Positions 9,400 to 22,186 of a stretch of 63,971 nucleotides of DNA are shown in pieces; the stretch's first letter is position 1, and each line of letters starts with the position of its first letter. Both the position numbers and the translations under genes were made by a program. The notes beneath the pieces are model-generated. The model ran no database searches and had not been told where the DNA came from. It was given only the letters and a program-made list of their open reading frames with translations. This DNA is from Guillardia theta CCMP2712 (Eukaryota; Protista; Cryptophyta), in the NCBI RefSeq assembly GCF_000315625.1, contig NW_005434616.1:248001-311971 (forward strand), written 5' to 3'.

Positions 9400-12300
9400 A
9401 GCTTCGCGATATGACTGTTAAGCCACCCTCAGTCAACCCTCATGTTCTGCAGCATCTCCTCACCAGTACACGAGGAGAGACTTGTACATCCTGCGCAACC
9501 CGTTCAAGTCGCTGCGTTTCTGCCCTCTTTGCACTCGAAGCATCAGGACCGTTTCGCTTGAAATCCAGATAAGTCAGATACAAGAATCATTGCAACTACA
9601 GGCAAAACCTTGGAAAATTCTTGTTTGTGAGAGCCTGGAAGCTTCTTTGAGAGCACAGGTGTTTCACTCCGATGTGACATTTGTTCAGAGATTTCGGATT
9701 CATGGTCATTGCCAGCAAGCCGATGATGAGCATTGGTTGTAGAGAATTTCCTTTGGCTGTAAGGAGTCAGAAACGCTCTAAACACCTTGGATGAACCCAC
9801 TCGACGCTGTCCTTGAGATTTGCAAGATCCGATTCGATTTGATCAATCTTGGATCTGAAACATCTCATCTCCCGGAGGATAGTTTGACATAATTGTGGGA
9901 CTGACGACGAAGGGGTGTTTCTGATCAACAATAATCAAGTCCAATCACACACCCAATAAAACCCTCACGTCGTATAAGCGTCATCGTCATCCTTTTCATG
10001 TGGATTCGTCGACTCGAGGCCTTGGCTCCCTGGGCATTTTGAGTGAAACAAGACGGACCGCTTCGAAACACTCACTGTCCTTCGTCGAAACTTCGAAAAA
10101 GACGTTGTTGATGAGATGGCCGCTGTCGTAATTGTCTCCATCACCAGCATTGGCAGGGGTGTTGGATCCATTTTCTGCCATGTCAAATTCAGTCGCTTGC
10201 GTATATGCAAATCCTGATGACCTTTTCTCGGCTTTGATTTGATGGTACTCACAGCAGAAGGAGAAACAGAAGAATCATCGAACCTTAGCATGATTGATTT
10301 TAGTGCAAACACGACCTCTCTCATATTCTCGCTGTTCCACTGTCCGGTTGCTGCATCCATGATCTTCAACAGCCTTTCAATTTGATGTGCTTGCAGTGCA
10401 GATTTCAGCACCGATTTGAACTCATTCCTACCGATTGTGCCATGCGAGTCGCACAACGATGCTCTCTCCACAAACTTTTGCCAGTCTTGTCTGGATATGA
10501 TTGCAGGCGGATGAACCTTGAGAGCTTGCAGACCATTCTTCAGCGTCTCGAAATCCAGACGAGCATCTGCTGAGTGACCCTGCGTTCCTGCAACTAGCTC
10601 AAAGATCATGTCCGCTTTCTTCTCATATTCATGGTCGTCCCGACAGAGCCCGAGGGCCTCATAAAAGGCTTCAAACGGATTCGTTCTCAGGCTGAACAAT
10701 GCATCGAGCTTTTCTTCGGAGGGCGCATCAGACACTTTGGAGAATTCTTCCAAAAGCACAGCGATGACGACCTGATGGACAAGAGTTAAACCCATTTCGT
10801 ATCTCAAAGCAAGATTTGAAGACCTGGAAAAGAATCAAAGCGACGATAAGCATGAAAGAAATGAAGTAGATGGTTATGCTGGCTTGTGAAACGTATCCAT
10901 CTTGTTCTTGATACAAAGTTCTGACAATGTCAGACCATCCATCAAATGTGCTTGCCTGAAACAAGGTGAACATTGCAGTACTAAACGAACCAAACAATTC
11001 AGGACTCCGATCTGAGAAGAAGGAAACTCCCATGATTCCATACATCGCAATCACTGTAGCGGTGAGGAGCATCGCGTTGAGCATGGCAGGAATGGACTCA
11101 TACAGCGCGACTATGATCTTTCTTAACGAAGGGAGACGATTGAAGAATCTTATCACACGACCAGCTCTCAGCAACCTCAAAACTGCAGTTCCTCCCCCGC
11201 CATCGCCAAAAATTGACCACAACGAAGTACCAATCACTAACATATCAAACCAGTTCCATCCACTCATGAAGAAAGGAATCCAGAGGGTGGAGAACATGTT
11301 CACCACAAGCTCAAAGCAGAAGAATCCCACAAAAATCATTTCAAGAGTATTGAACATAGAACTGATGCCGCCTCCAGTAGAAGGTTGTAGCTGCGTTTCG
11401 ATCGCTTGCGAGATGAAGTTCAGGAAAATGACGAACGCAACAGTGAGCTGGAATTTGTCACTCAAGTACCAGATGTGAACAATTTGACGAAGCTTTTGAA
11501 AAAGTGGAGGACTTGGCTGATTTCTTGAATATGAAATCGCCTCCTTGATCCCATTCATCCACCATTCTTGAATGTCTTGGTTTGGAGTTATGAATCCATA
11601 AGAGCAGGGACTCTTCAGCGGACTCCCATAGGTAAATATCATGAATGATCCATGCAATTCTTTGTCATCCTTACGCGTGAAATGGTTTTGTGTAAAATTG
11701 AACGACTTTCTCCGAAAGAAAAAGGTGAGGTTGCTTTTCGCAAGATCTCGCTTGCTTTTGAAGGGCATGGTTCTGGTGCATTCCTTAAACACATTCCACA
11801 CTTCAGAGACTCGATAGATCACTCGATCGCTTATATCGTTCGAGTCTTCCATCGTCATCATGAGATCTTCTGAAGGTGACCATGTCCTCACGTCATCTAT
11901 CATACCCAGCGGTACCCTGAGAATAGGCTGAGAATGTCTCTCCTTCCTGATCTCCAGGACTTGATCGGTTACTGTAATCCATCTGCTTGTCAGCTTTCCA
12001 TATCTGCAACACTCGATGGCCTTTCCCTCAATGAAAACCACGTTTCCAACATTTTCACCCTCCCTTTCCCCTTGATCTGCTTCTGTCCCGACGATTGCAC
12101 TCGTCATGAATGAAATACTTCTGAGAACCCCGTCTTTTACTCTTCCAATGAATTTTCCAGATGAATCACAGCTTTCAACGACACTGTTATACATTCCAAA
12201 TGTCAGCCAACGCTAGATCAGAGTTTTCCACAGGGTTCACACCACAAATTACATGTGGGCAACAGAATGCAAAACACGAACTTCTGACCTTCGATGGGGA

Positions 12301-12428
12301 GCACCCCGTCTTGAATCATTTCGAGGTGGCAGACGATCCTTGCGTTTCACTTGAGCATGGCGTTCTCCATCGGCATGATCTTTCCCGTGGTTGGCTGCTG
12401 CATCGCCATCTTCATACCCCTCTGCCAT
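9400..12428 (-). CDS. Single-domain (6TM) voltage-gated cation channel with N-terminal PH-like region and C-terminal EF-hand-like/coiled-coil region
   Basis: S3 WNWFD, S4 LRLLRAGRVIR, pore FGSFSTAMFTLFQASTFDGWSDI, and S6 completed across intron 10772-10823 (ILFQ|VVIAVLLEEF). 3' end approximate. Confidence 0.85.
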
Positions 12429-12469
12429 CGCGGCTACAAAAAGCTCAGCAACCCGCCTCATCACCCGTT

Positions 12470-13080
12470 CGATGCCCACCCGGTAGTCCCCCGGAGTATT
12501 CACCCACCCCCACCCCCGAGCATATCCATTCCTATCACCCCTGGTTGTACAAGCATTTGCCCTCGAGTTTCCTCCTCTACACCCGTGGTAGCTACTATGG
12601 TAGGCCCGGGTGATAGACAGGGCTGAAAGGGTCAGTGTCAGGACCGGGTGGGGTAGAGATAAAATTGGACCGGGTGCAGGGACTCGGCCTTGATATACTG
12701 ACCACCCTACCAGTGTACTGAAAGCAGGATCAGACCCGGGTAGTCGCCGTCCGGGGGTACGGTACGGTAGTCACAGCTGTCTCCCGAGTACCACCCCACC
12801 CCACCGGCACGGCCGTCGGCGAGCCGATGTTTTCACTAGTTTACAAAGACATTGCGTGCGCAAAAAAAACAATCGGCTACCCCCACGATTGTCCCGGTGT
12901 GTATCCCCCGGCCCCGGGTCGGATCGGAGCCTCGGAGGCCCGGTGCGCCGGCGCTGGGCCCGGGCAGCGGCTGGGGCCAGTACGGTGTGCAGACTTGTGG
13001 TTCAGATTTTTACTCAAGATTTAGTGTTGGCCGGTGACTCCACGCGGGGCATGGAAGTGCTCTGACGGTCCCACCAGTGA
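12470..13080. promoter_or_regulatory. ACCC/GGGT + GC-palindrome island upstream of the channel gene
   Basis: cacccacccc, ggggtacggtacggta, ccccggccccgggtcggatcgga and gggcccggg. Non-coding. Confidence 0.5.
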
Positions 13081-13198
13081 TGCACAAGCGGCAAGCGGAG
13101 AGGGAGAGGGAGAGGGAGAGGGAGAGGGAGAGGGAGAGGGAGGAGGGGAGGAGGGGAGGAGGGAGGAGGGAAGGAGGAGGAGGAGGGAGGAGGGCGGA

Positions 13199-13298
13199 NN
13201 NNNNNNNNNNNNNNNNNNNNNNNNNNNNNNNNNNNNNNNNNNNNNNNNNNNNNNNNNNNNNNNNNNNNNNNNNNNNNNNNNNNNNNNNNNNNNNNNNN
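13199..13298. other. Assembly gap (100 N) inside a GA-rich repeat
   Basis: Run of exactly 100 n flanked by GGAGAG/GGA repeats. Confidence 0.99.
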
Positions 13299-13499
13299 AG
13301 GGCCTTTCATTTCTAGGGGGAGCGTGAGGGAAGACGAGAGAGGAAGAGGCAGGGAGGGGGAGGGGGAGGGGGAGGGGGATCGTGAGGGAAGAGGAGAGAG
13401 GAAGAGGCAGGGAGGGGGAGGGGGAGGGGGAGGGGGAGGGGGAGCCAATGTAGTCCCTTCCCCTTGCCCCTCAATGTAGATCATTTGAAGATTTAGTGG

Positions 13500-14618
13500 C
13501 GAAGCGAATGTCCTGGAATAGTTATGCACAGGAGGAAGTGAGAAGACTCAGCAGATTTCCGACTCCGATGCGCACTGATCTCGTCTGTCTTGAAATTGGC
13601 CAATTCAGGATGTGAAACAAATCATTTTGTTTTTGAGAACTCCTCCCCTCGTGATGCTCGCTCCTTACGTTCAATGACATCAAACTGGCAGAGACTTCAA
13701 GAACTATGAGAGATTCCGACGATCAGAACAAATGCGGAGTGAAGTACAAGTCAGAAGTCAAGGTAGTTTTTGAGTGCTTGAATTTCGATGGGAGCTAACA
13801 TCTCTCCCTATGGGATTTTCAGGACTTGAAGACTGCCTCTGGATTGAGTACCGAGGAAGAGGAATTGTTTGAAACCAGGAGACAGGCTTTACCGTCAGGA
13901 GCGGTGCCCGAAGAGCTTCAAAAAGAAGTTTGATCGAATGCAGCTTTTTCCTTCAGGCTTACATCTTCATTCCAGATAGAAGAGTTGAATGCGGCCTTCA
14001 AAAGGAGGGAGTTATCCAAGACAGATTTCATTGTCAAGAAGATTTCTGTCTTCCAGAAGTATCTCCCCTGAGGAAAATTGCCCAGCACTGCAGTCCACAT
14101 TGTTATGTCGTCAGTACGACATCAGATTACTCATGTTGAGTCACACTGCTGCTACCGGAAGAAGCCTTGGCCCTGAGCTGATGTTTTCTCCCCAGAGAAT
14201 TGGAACCGCGCTATTCAAGACAGGGTGCTTTTCGAGCAAGCGATCATATGTTTTCTAGGCTATTTAATTAACATTTGCTGTTGATAGAGTAAAAGTCTTC
14301 TGAATATGACCATCAATCTATAATCATTGTGGACTTACATCCAGTCCATGCACGACCTTTCGAAGCACACGTTAGGTTATGTATTCCTGGTAACTGGAAG
14401 CACTTACTGTTGATTGAACCAGCAGTTGCTTGGTTTTCCCCAGCTCATCGCGGATCCACTCTGAACGCTATGACTACACCGAAAATCAATTTTGGGTACG
14501 TGAGATAAAAGTGTCCAAACTCACGCTTTGTGCTGCTTTGCAGCTGCGAGCGCCTCTGCCTTCGCAAGAACGGAGTTTCCACCCTGTGAAACAAGCAAGA
14601 GTGAACACAGGAGTATGA
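13500..14618 (+). CDS. Hypothetical multi-exon protein
   Basis: Series of short open segments bounded by plausible GT/AG sites, ending ...SERYDYTENQFW|LRAPLPSQ...NTGV*. No recognised domain and boundaries uncertain. Confidence 0.4.
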
Positions 14619-15392
14619 ACGTGATTCCATCGTGACAGATCTTGCAGTCAAGGAGAACTTGACGACAAATACATGGTAAGAAGGTACAGAATTCTAGGCA
14701 ATACAATGACACTAAACTAAACATACGATGCAATAGCTGAACTAAAAATATGATGCAATAGCTTGTCTTGAATGCCAGATTCCGAACAGAACAGACTATA
14801 TTCGATATTTTGAATGCTGGCAAAACTTGTATGCAACAACAAAAAATGGGAATGGGGACGAGATACGGATAGTAGTAATAACGAAGGGAAACAGAAAGGA
14901 AGAATGGAAAAGAAATTCATCAAGAACGATTGAGAGGATTACGGGACATGCAGAGGAAGCAGAAACAGGGGAAGGGAAAAAGATGAATGGCTTGCAATTC
15001 ATTATAGTCTTGATTGATTGAGATGAACGCTTGGATGGATTCGGATGATTGCTACAGATGTGATGATCCAGATGAGTGCTTGAGATAAGTGCTCGAGATG
15101 ATTGATTCACGAGACGAATGTTTGTGATGATTGATGGATATGATTGAGCATTGATAAGTGCATTCACCTTGCTTGTCTTGAACCACGTGTCCCATAGCGG
15201 CTCACTCTGAAACAGCTGCGACAGCATTCCGATGACCCTTCGACTATACGTTACGAAATCTGTGACCGTTACCAAAACTAAGAAAGTATCATCGCCCTCA
15301 TATCATAATTAAAGAGCACCGGGCCTGCACCGGGCCCCTGACCGGGCCAGCGCTGGCGCTAGCAGTAGTTCTTGCATGCGATGCGACTACTA

Positions 15393-16706
15393 ATGCGTCC
15401 TTGGCGGGCCTGTGGTGCGTTCATGCGAAGCGCCAGAGAAGGTAATGATGGCAATGAAGCAGATCAAAATGTGTAGACGAAACCCAATGTGATGCAACAC
15501 GATTATGTCATCATGATGTGATATGATCTCGAGCTATTTTAATCGTGAAAGCGAATGATCTTTCAGTGTTGGTGATTAATACTTGGTCCAAACTCATCCA
15601 CTTGATGATGATTTTTTGAGTCCAGAATAATAATTTACAGGTGTCAATCTCTACGGGGCAGCACGAATGTCTCACTTCTCTCTCAGTGGTGAGCAGCAAG
15701 AGATTTCTGCAAAAGATCCAAGTTACTCAATCACGGTAGGACAGGTCAATGGTTGCCGCGGAAGTTTTTACTTGCAGGAGGGATGACAATGGTAGCTGGT
15801 TATGCAATACAAACCTGTACGACATCGTCTCTGAAACTGCCAGTTGATCGTTGAGCTTCAAAGCAGATGGGCCATCCGTTGCCACGTGCTCCTTCCAAGC
15901 GGATATTGCCGCGGATAGGACGGCACGAGAAAAGAGATTGTCGAAGCAGATTATCGGTGAGTGAAGGTTGTACAGGAGAGACGGAAGATGATTTGCTGTG
16001 CGAAGACGCCGTCTACTGCGGGACAGACTCGTATGGAAGTATCAGCGAGGAGGAGGAGGAAGAGATCCTCGAGTCAGGGGGGCACTGGGCGTACGGAGAG
16101 ATAGAGATGGACGGGTTTCAAGCTCTGATTGAGGTAGAACAGCTCTGAAAAGGAGGAGGAAGAACATCTAACTTCACTGGCAGTACATGAAGTTGGACGC
16201 GAGCTCTGTATTCTGCGATCTTGGCTCAGGTCTTGGCAAGTCTGTCGCCTTTGCCTTCATGGGCTCGGAATGCAAGGGCGCGATCGGCGTCGAGCTTTCT
16301 GTCACTCGTCACAATCAGGTGAAGAAGTTGGGATTTGTGTGATAAGAGATGTTTGTTTACTCGTGATGTACGGTTGTATTCTTCACTTGTGCTTCATGCA
16401 ACGTACCTTATGGTATTGTCAAGGCTAATGGTATCGATCGACAGGCGAAAGCAGCGGCGGAGCGGCTAGTCAAGGTCCTCAACTTGCTGCAACAGGAAGA
16501 GCTCGGATGTGGAGTGAGATGCGAAAGACGTGAAACTTGTTGATGTGCAGAACGATGCAGTGAGCTCTTGGTTGCAAGATCAACCGGGATGCAACTCACC
16601 GTCCTTGATGATTCGATGGGTGAGAATTCTATGATGACGAAGATGATGTCCATTGTAATGATGATGGAGTTGATCGCGATAAGAAGACGTTTGAGGAGGA
16701 CTAGGA

Positions 16707-16789
<83 letters not shown>

Positions 16790-17497
16790 CGACGACGATG
16801 ATGATGACGACGACGATGACGATGACGATGCAGTAAATCGAGATGGAGTTGACATTTTGCAGGGGAACAAAGAGATGCAACTGGTTCATGCTGATTGCAA
16901 CAAGGTGAGCGGAAATTCCAGAATCTGCTGATTCCCCTGTATCTTGATTTTCTTCGACGTTCCCTCTCTCCTCAGATCGGAAGTGACCCTCCACAGATCA
17001 GCATGGACCGTACTACTCATGTCTACATGGCGAATCTGACATGGCCAGAAGCGGTTGTCGGTTGTTTCGGGTGCTGTTCAAACGTTGTGATCAGACATGT
17101 ACAGATTGTGGATGACATTGGGCACAAACTTGACGCAAACCCGTCGATCAGGATGGTGAGCGTGTTGGGTTCACTCTGGGATCGATGACTTGATGCCAGG
17201 TCGCGTCCTTGAAACGAATCTCTGACAAGAGGCTGAGAAGATTGAAATTGAGTGACACGTTGTACCTCCCGATGTCCTGGCAGGTGATGATGAAGAGACC
17301 ACGCAGTGGTTACCCCTTGTGTATGTTGTAATTGCTGCTGTCGCTGATTGTTGGTGTCTTGACTTTGTTGGTGTGTTTGTTGATTTTGTTGGAGATTATG
17401 GCCTCATTCTTTCTGTCTTTGTGTGCCTGACTTCACTTTGTTGTAGGATCGAAATTCTTTTTCTTACGGTGTCCCAGTCTATATTTATTCAGTCTGA
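15393..17497 (+). CDS. DOT1-like class I SAM-dependent methyltransferase, multi-exon
   Basis: YGEI, VFCDLGSGLGK (motif I), IGVELSVTRH, THVYMANLTW, VASLKR and PMSW motifs in successive exons. Start approximate and substrate unknown. Confidence 0.78.
16707..16829. repeat. Intronic (GAT)n/(GAC)n microsatellite
   Basis: Directly visible. Confidence 0.95.
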
Positions 17498-17523
17498 AAA
17501 GAATCAAAAATGGTCAACAAGCT

Positions 17524-19291
17524 TCAACATGCAAACGAATTCATCGTTATAACATTCAGCGGATCCTTGATTACCTGTACATCGTGATCACTCACCTTCA
17601 CCCTCCTCCTCCCTGCCTCCCTCCTTCCCTGCCTCCCTCCTACCCTGCTCCTTCCGCTTTCCCCTCCCCAGTCTTTCTTTCCCCTGCTCTCCCTCCTTCC
17701 CGTTTCGTACATGTTGAGGAGCGTCGATAAACTGCTCGCTGCTGTTAAGCCGCTTGCAGAACTTGTTGTTGAGGATGTGGAGAAGGACAGGAGAACATCT
17801 GCAAGCCGGTAAGCGTCGGGGAGGACGAGCAAGACAAGATCACGGGGAGAGGCTGAGCGTGGGAGGGAGGGAGGGATACGACGTCGCGAAAGGAGGGAAC
17901 AGGAAGTTCACGTCCAGAAGCTGCTGGGCTAGAAGTCCAGTGAAGTTTGAGTCGAACCTGTTGGGGGGAGGGGGGAAGGGCAAGAAGGAACATCAGCTGA
18001 CACGGGGAGAGGAGGAGACAGCGGAACCTGCAAATGTCGCTCCTCCAATTGAGCCCGCGGTCGTCGATCTTGACGCCAGCTTGCGAGACGTTGAAGAAGC
18101 GATTGGAAACGATCGAGACATCGCGACTTCCTCCCACGAACACACCGACCTGAACGTTCAAACGATCTTCACCATCCTCCTTGCTACCCTCTCTCCCCTT
18201 CCCTCCCCTTCCTTCCCCTTCCCTTCCTTCCCTTCGCCCCCCCCCTCGTTGTGCTTCAGTCTACTCTGTTCCTCTGATTCGTGCTCGGCTGCACCTGAAC
18301 GTCCTCGAAAGAGTTGTTGGTGATGGAAATTCCAGACAGCATGTCGTCGAGGTATATCCCCATCACCTGCCGGCTCGTCACGCTCGCCAAGTGGCTCAAC
18401 TTTCTGACCGCTGGGAAACCAAGATTCATCCCGACAGTATTGCGAATCTTAACGAATCTGAAAAGAGCCATGGAATAAGATGGAGGAATGGATACGAAAG
18501 GAGGACAGAGAGATGAGGAGGGAGGGAGGAGGGAGGAGGGAGAGAAGCAAAGAGGAGGCACGGGCGAGAAGGCAGGAGGAGGAAGGAAAAGTATGTATCA
18601 GGATGTAAACAATCAGGAAGATTAGAAATTTCAACCTGTTTCTGCTGATGATATTTCCTCTATTTATCCAACTTCTTCCTGAGTACCAGGCACCTGTGTC
18701 CGTTGCCTCGAACGCCAGCGACTGGTGGGAAGGAGTGAAAAAAAATGTTGGAAACAGAAGACAAGTTTGAAGGCAATCACGAAGAATGGAAGGAATAAAC
18801 ATCGAGATGAAGTGTTGCTGATGGCCGAGAGGGGTGAGCAAAGTAGATGCTTTATGGTGATGACAGTATCATAAGCAGAGGGAGGCGTTGAAGCTCGAGG
18901 ATGAGGATGAAGATGAGGAGGATAAGGAAGAGGAGGATAACGAAGAGGAGGAGGAAAGGGAGGAGGAGGAGGAGGGAGGGGGAGGAGGAAGGGATGGGGT
19001 CGTGCTACCTCGAAGATATTGCCGTCAAACTCACAATCGTTTCCAAGGCCAAGGATGCCAGAGTGAGGAGCGTGATGAATGTGAGACTGCCTTATTGAAT
19101 GCCCTCCTCCTCTCCATCCGATGCCTGGCGTGTATGATCGGCGGATACGAGCGAAGTTGTGGATGTCCGCGAGCTGTGAAATGAAAATAATTAGAAGAGG
19201 TGCTGGTAACTTTCACCCCTCTATGGCGCCGAAGGGCTCCTGACTGACTGACTGCCTGCCTGACTGGCAGACTGACTGGCTGGCTGGCAGA

Positions 19292-19344
<53 letters not shown>

Positions 19345-21943
19345 AGACTGACAGTCGGTGTATCTGCAGGCGTGTTTGCCTTTCTGCTCTTCTACAAGCC
19401 TTGCTACTCGCGAATGCAGGGAGTGGGCAGAAGAAAGTCAGTTAACCTCGATCTCGTTGTTCGATCTCGTGAGGGAGGTTGTGTTCCCTCCGTTGAGAGC
19501 GATCCCTCCGCATCCGCAGAAGGAGACGTTGGTCGAGGAGATGAGAATGTCGCTGGTGTCGACTTCACATCGAGCTTGCAAGTCCCACAACAACACCTTC
19601 CATCGACGTCCATCCCCTGCGGTGAGGTCAAGTGATGGTAGCTGTCAACAACAGGGACTTACAGTCTTGCCGATGTTTGAGACACTGACGTTGATGATGC
19701 GGATATGAGACGCTCTTGATATCTGCCATCATCTTCATACGAGGCAATCTCCCAGCATGGCACATCTGTACTTGGACTGCCGCTCGTCGTTGATACGAAA
19801 TTTGAATGTTCTGCTCCCCATGTGAGAACACATTTTGGTCCATTCCGCCACAAACAGCAACGAATGCAAACCTTGAAGGTGATATGCGAGGTTTTCCCTG
19901 CGGGCTCTCCCAAACAAGATGCGAAAATCTTCTTCTGCCTTTCTTTGTTTGCCTGCGCAGGTCTCGTCACTGTCAAACATATCCTGCAGTACTCTCAACC
20001 ATGTAATCGCTGAAAGCATTGATTCCTCCGCCTCCGCTCGTTGTGCCTTCCTTGACTTGCTCAATCTTCTTCTTACAGTCATTCACTTGATCCTGAAAGC
20101 AACCTCAGCGCACCAAGAAGGTTGAATCTTACGAGATCATATCTTTCTCACGTGGTTTGCTCCGATCAGAATTCCGTCATGTCCCATACTCAACACAGCC
20201 TGTACCACATCACAAGTCCCAAGAGCACGAAGGTCCAAGATCATGTGAGATGTTCAACAACATGAGATTTTTCATTCACCTCCTGACTGTGAAGATCACC
20301 CGGCGGCCAGAAGTACAAGAGCATCGCTTCCCTGCACAGCAGCAATGAATCCATGTCATCGTCAAACGTGCTTGTCACTTGTCTATGAAATATTCTCCGG
20401 GCGAATCAAGCTCCGATTTGAGGTTGACTGCGTAAAATTTTGCCCTGGGCTGCAATAGAGACCATTTCAGCAAAGTCATAGAGGAAAGTCTCACAAACAC
20501 TCCTTCACTGCCTCGTCATAAGATGTCATCGACAGAACAGGAAAACGAAGAGCAACGAGGCATCATCGGGTCATTGCATGTAAAACAACACAAACACGAA
20601 AACTAACGCAAACGCAAACGCAAACGCAAACGCAAACACCTTGAATCCATAGATCACAGGCGCGCCGACGGAGACAAAAGTTTCATTGCTGGCTACAGCA
20701 ACATGTTGCGGTCAACCCCTGAGGAGCCGAGAAAAGTTTGAAGCTTACAGAACTGCAAACTTCGCACAGGAAGATGAGAATCGGCCCAATCGAAGCCCCA
20801 GTACCTAGAATATCCCACATCACCTGAAACCGCACCTCCTTTCCCTCCCCCCCCCCCTTCTCTCTCTCTCTCTCTCTCTACCCGTGGATCCACACGTCCT
20901 TCTCCGTCCGCCATCTCTTCGCCCTTAATGATGCGATCGAGAACTCAGTCTGGTCGTTCAGGACTCTCTCGATCTGCATCCATCCGAAGCTGATCGCTGA
21001 CGTCAGACCTCCATGTCGAACATGCGACATGTCGCCACTCACGTCCCGTCCTTGTTGACATTCGGGTACCTCGCCAACGTCATTGGGGTCCTGCACAATC
21101 ACAATCACTCCGCCGTGTGAGAGACTCTGATCAGTTCCCTCCGAAGAACAGCTCGGTCATGTTCCAAGTGCAGTTTCCCAGCCCATCTCCTCCTGGCAGG
21201 TGAAGCACATGTCACGTCTGCTCCCCGCCTCCCCCCTCCCCCCCCACCCCCGCACCCCCTCGCTCCCACCTGTCGACGTGGGCTTCAAGAACGACCCCAA
21301 ACTCTCCCTCGAGACTCCCAGCTGCACCTCAGCTGTCAGACAAGAGGAAGGGATACCCCCGTGCAGGCTCACGGCAGTCAAGTTGGCAGTGAAGATTTCT
21401 CCCACCAGCCGCCTCCATGCTGAGTGAGGGATACGCAGGCCAGATGAGAGGAGGGCGGGGCGGTGGGGGTGCTGGCTCGCATACTCGATCGGTCTCCCCT
21501 CGCTCCCGCTGTCGACATGCTCGAGCTCGAGAAGGGGAAGAGCAAAGTCAACCCTCCCATGCTGGTCCCTGGGGAGGCAAGTCCCTTGGACGAGAACCTC
21601 GACGGCAAACCGGCGCTGGAATCTTCTTATCTCGTCCCTTGCGCGCGTCAAAGTTCGCCATGGCAGCATCTTGCTCCCGTCGCCGCTCTCGTCTGAGCCA
21701 TCATCGCAGTTCACGTAGACTCTCTTCGCGGCATCTGCGGTCTGGTAGAAACCCTGGCAGCAGCAAAGTTACCACAAAGTAGGGCAGGAGGAGCTTCACC
21801 GGGTGGAGGAGGGCGAAGAGGGCGCTGACGCTATGGCTGTTAGGGGTGGATGGTAGCAGGAGGAGGAGGAGGAGTGGGAGGAGGAGGAGGGACAGAAGGA
21901 GCGAGGCAAGCGACAAGATCGCCCGAGCATCCGTCGCCGTCAT
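17524..21943 (-). CDS. Secreted right-handed parallel beta-helix (pectin lyase-fold) protein, many exons
   Basis: Spliced motifs [61 protein letters not shown] and [11 protein letters not shown]...IDDRG. Leu-rich N-terminal signal. Confidence 0.8.
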
Positions 21944-22186
21944 GGCGGCATTGGATGCGGCTGTTGGAGGGTTTTACACTGGGAGAATCTTTTTATCCGG
22001 TCTACACACAAGTGCGAGTTGTATGGCTAGGGGAGGGAGGGAGGGAGGGAGGAAGGGATGGATGGATGGATGGATGGATGGATGGATGGATGGATGGATG
22101 GAAGGAGGCAGGGAGGGAGGCAGGGAGTGAGGGAGGGAGGATGATTGCGATTCTTGACATCTCCCTTCTCTGCTCTGCAGGTTGAC

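Noticed and set aside
14796-15275. 159-aa minus-strand ORF in an AT-richer spacer
   Set aside because: Non-ATG start, low-complexity composition and no motif.
19540-19625. WD40-like string WKVLLWDLQ inside the beta-helix gene
   Set aside because: It falls mostly within a GT-AG intron. The flanking exons join as GMDVDG-SDILISS.
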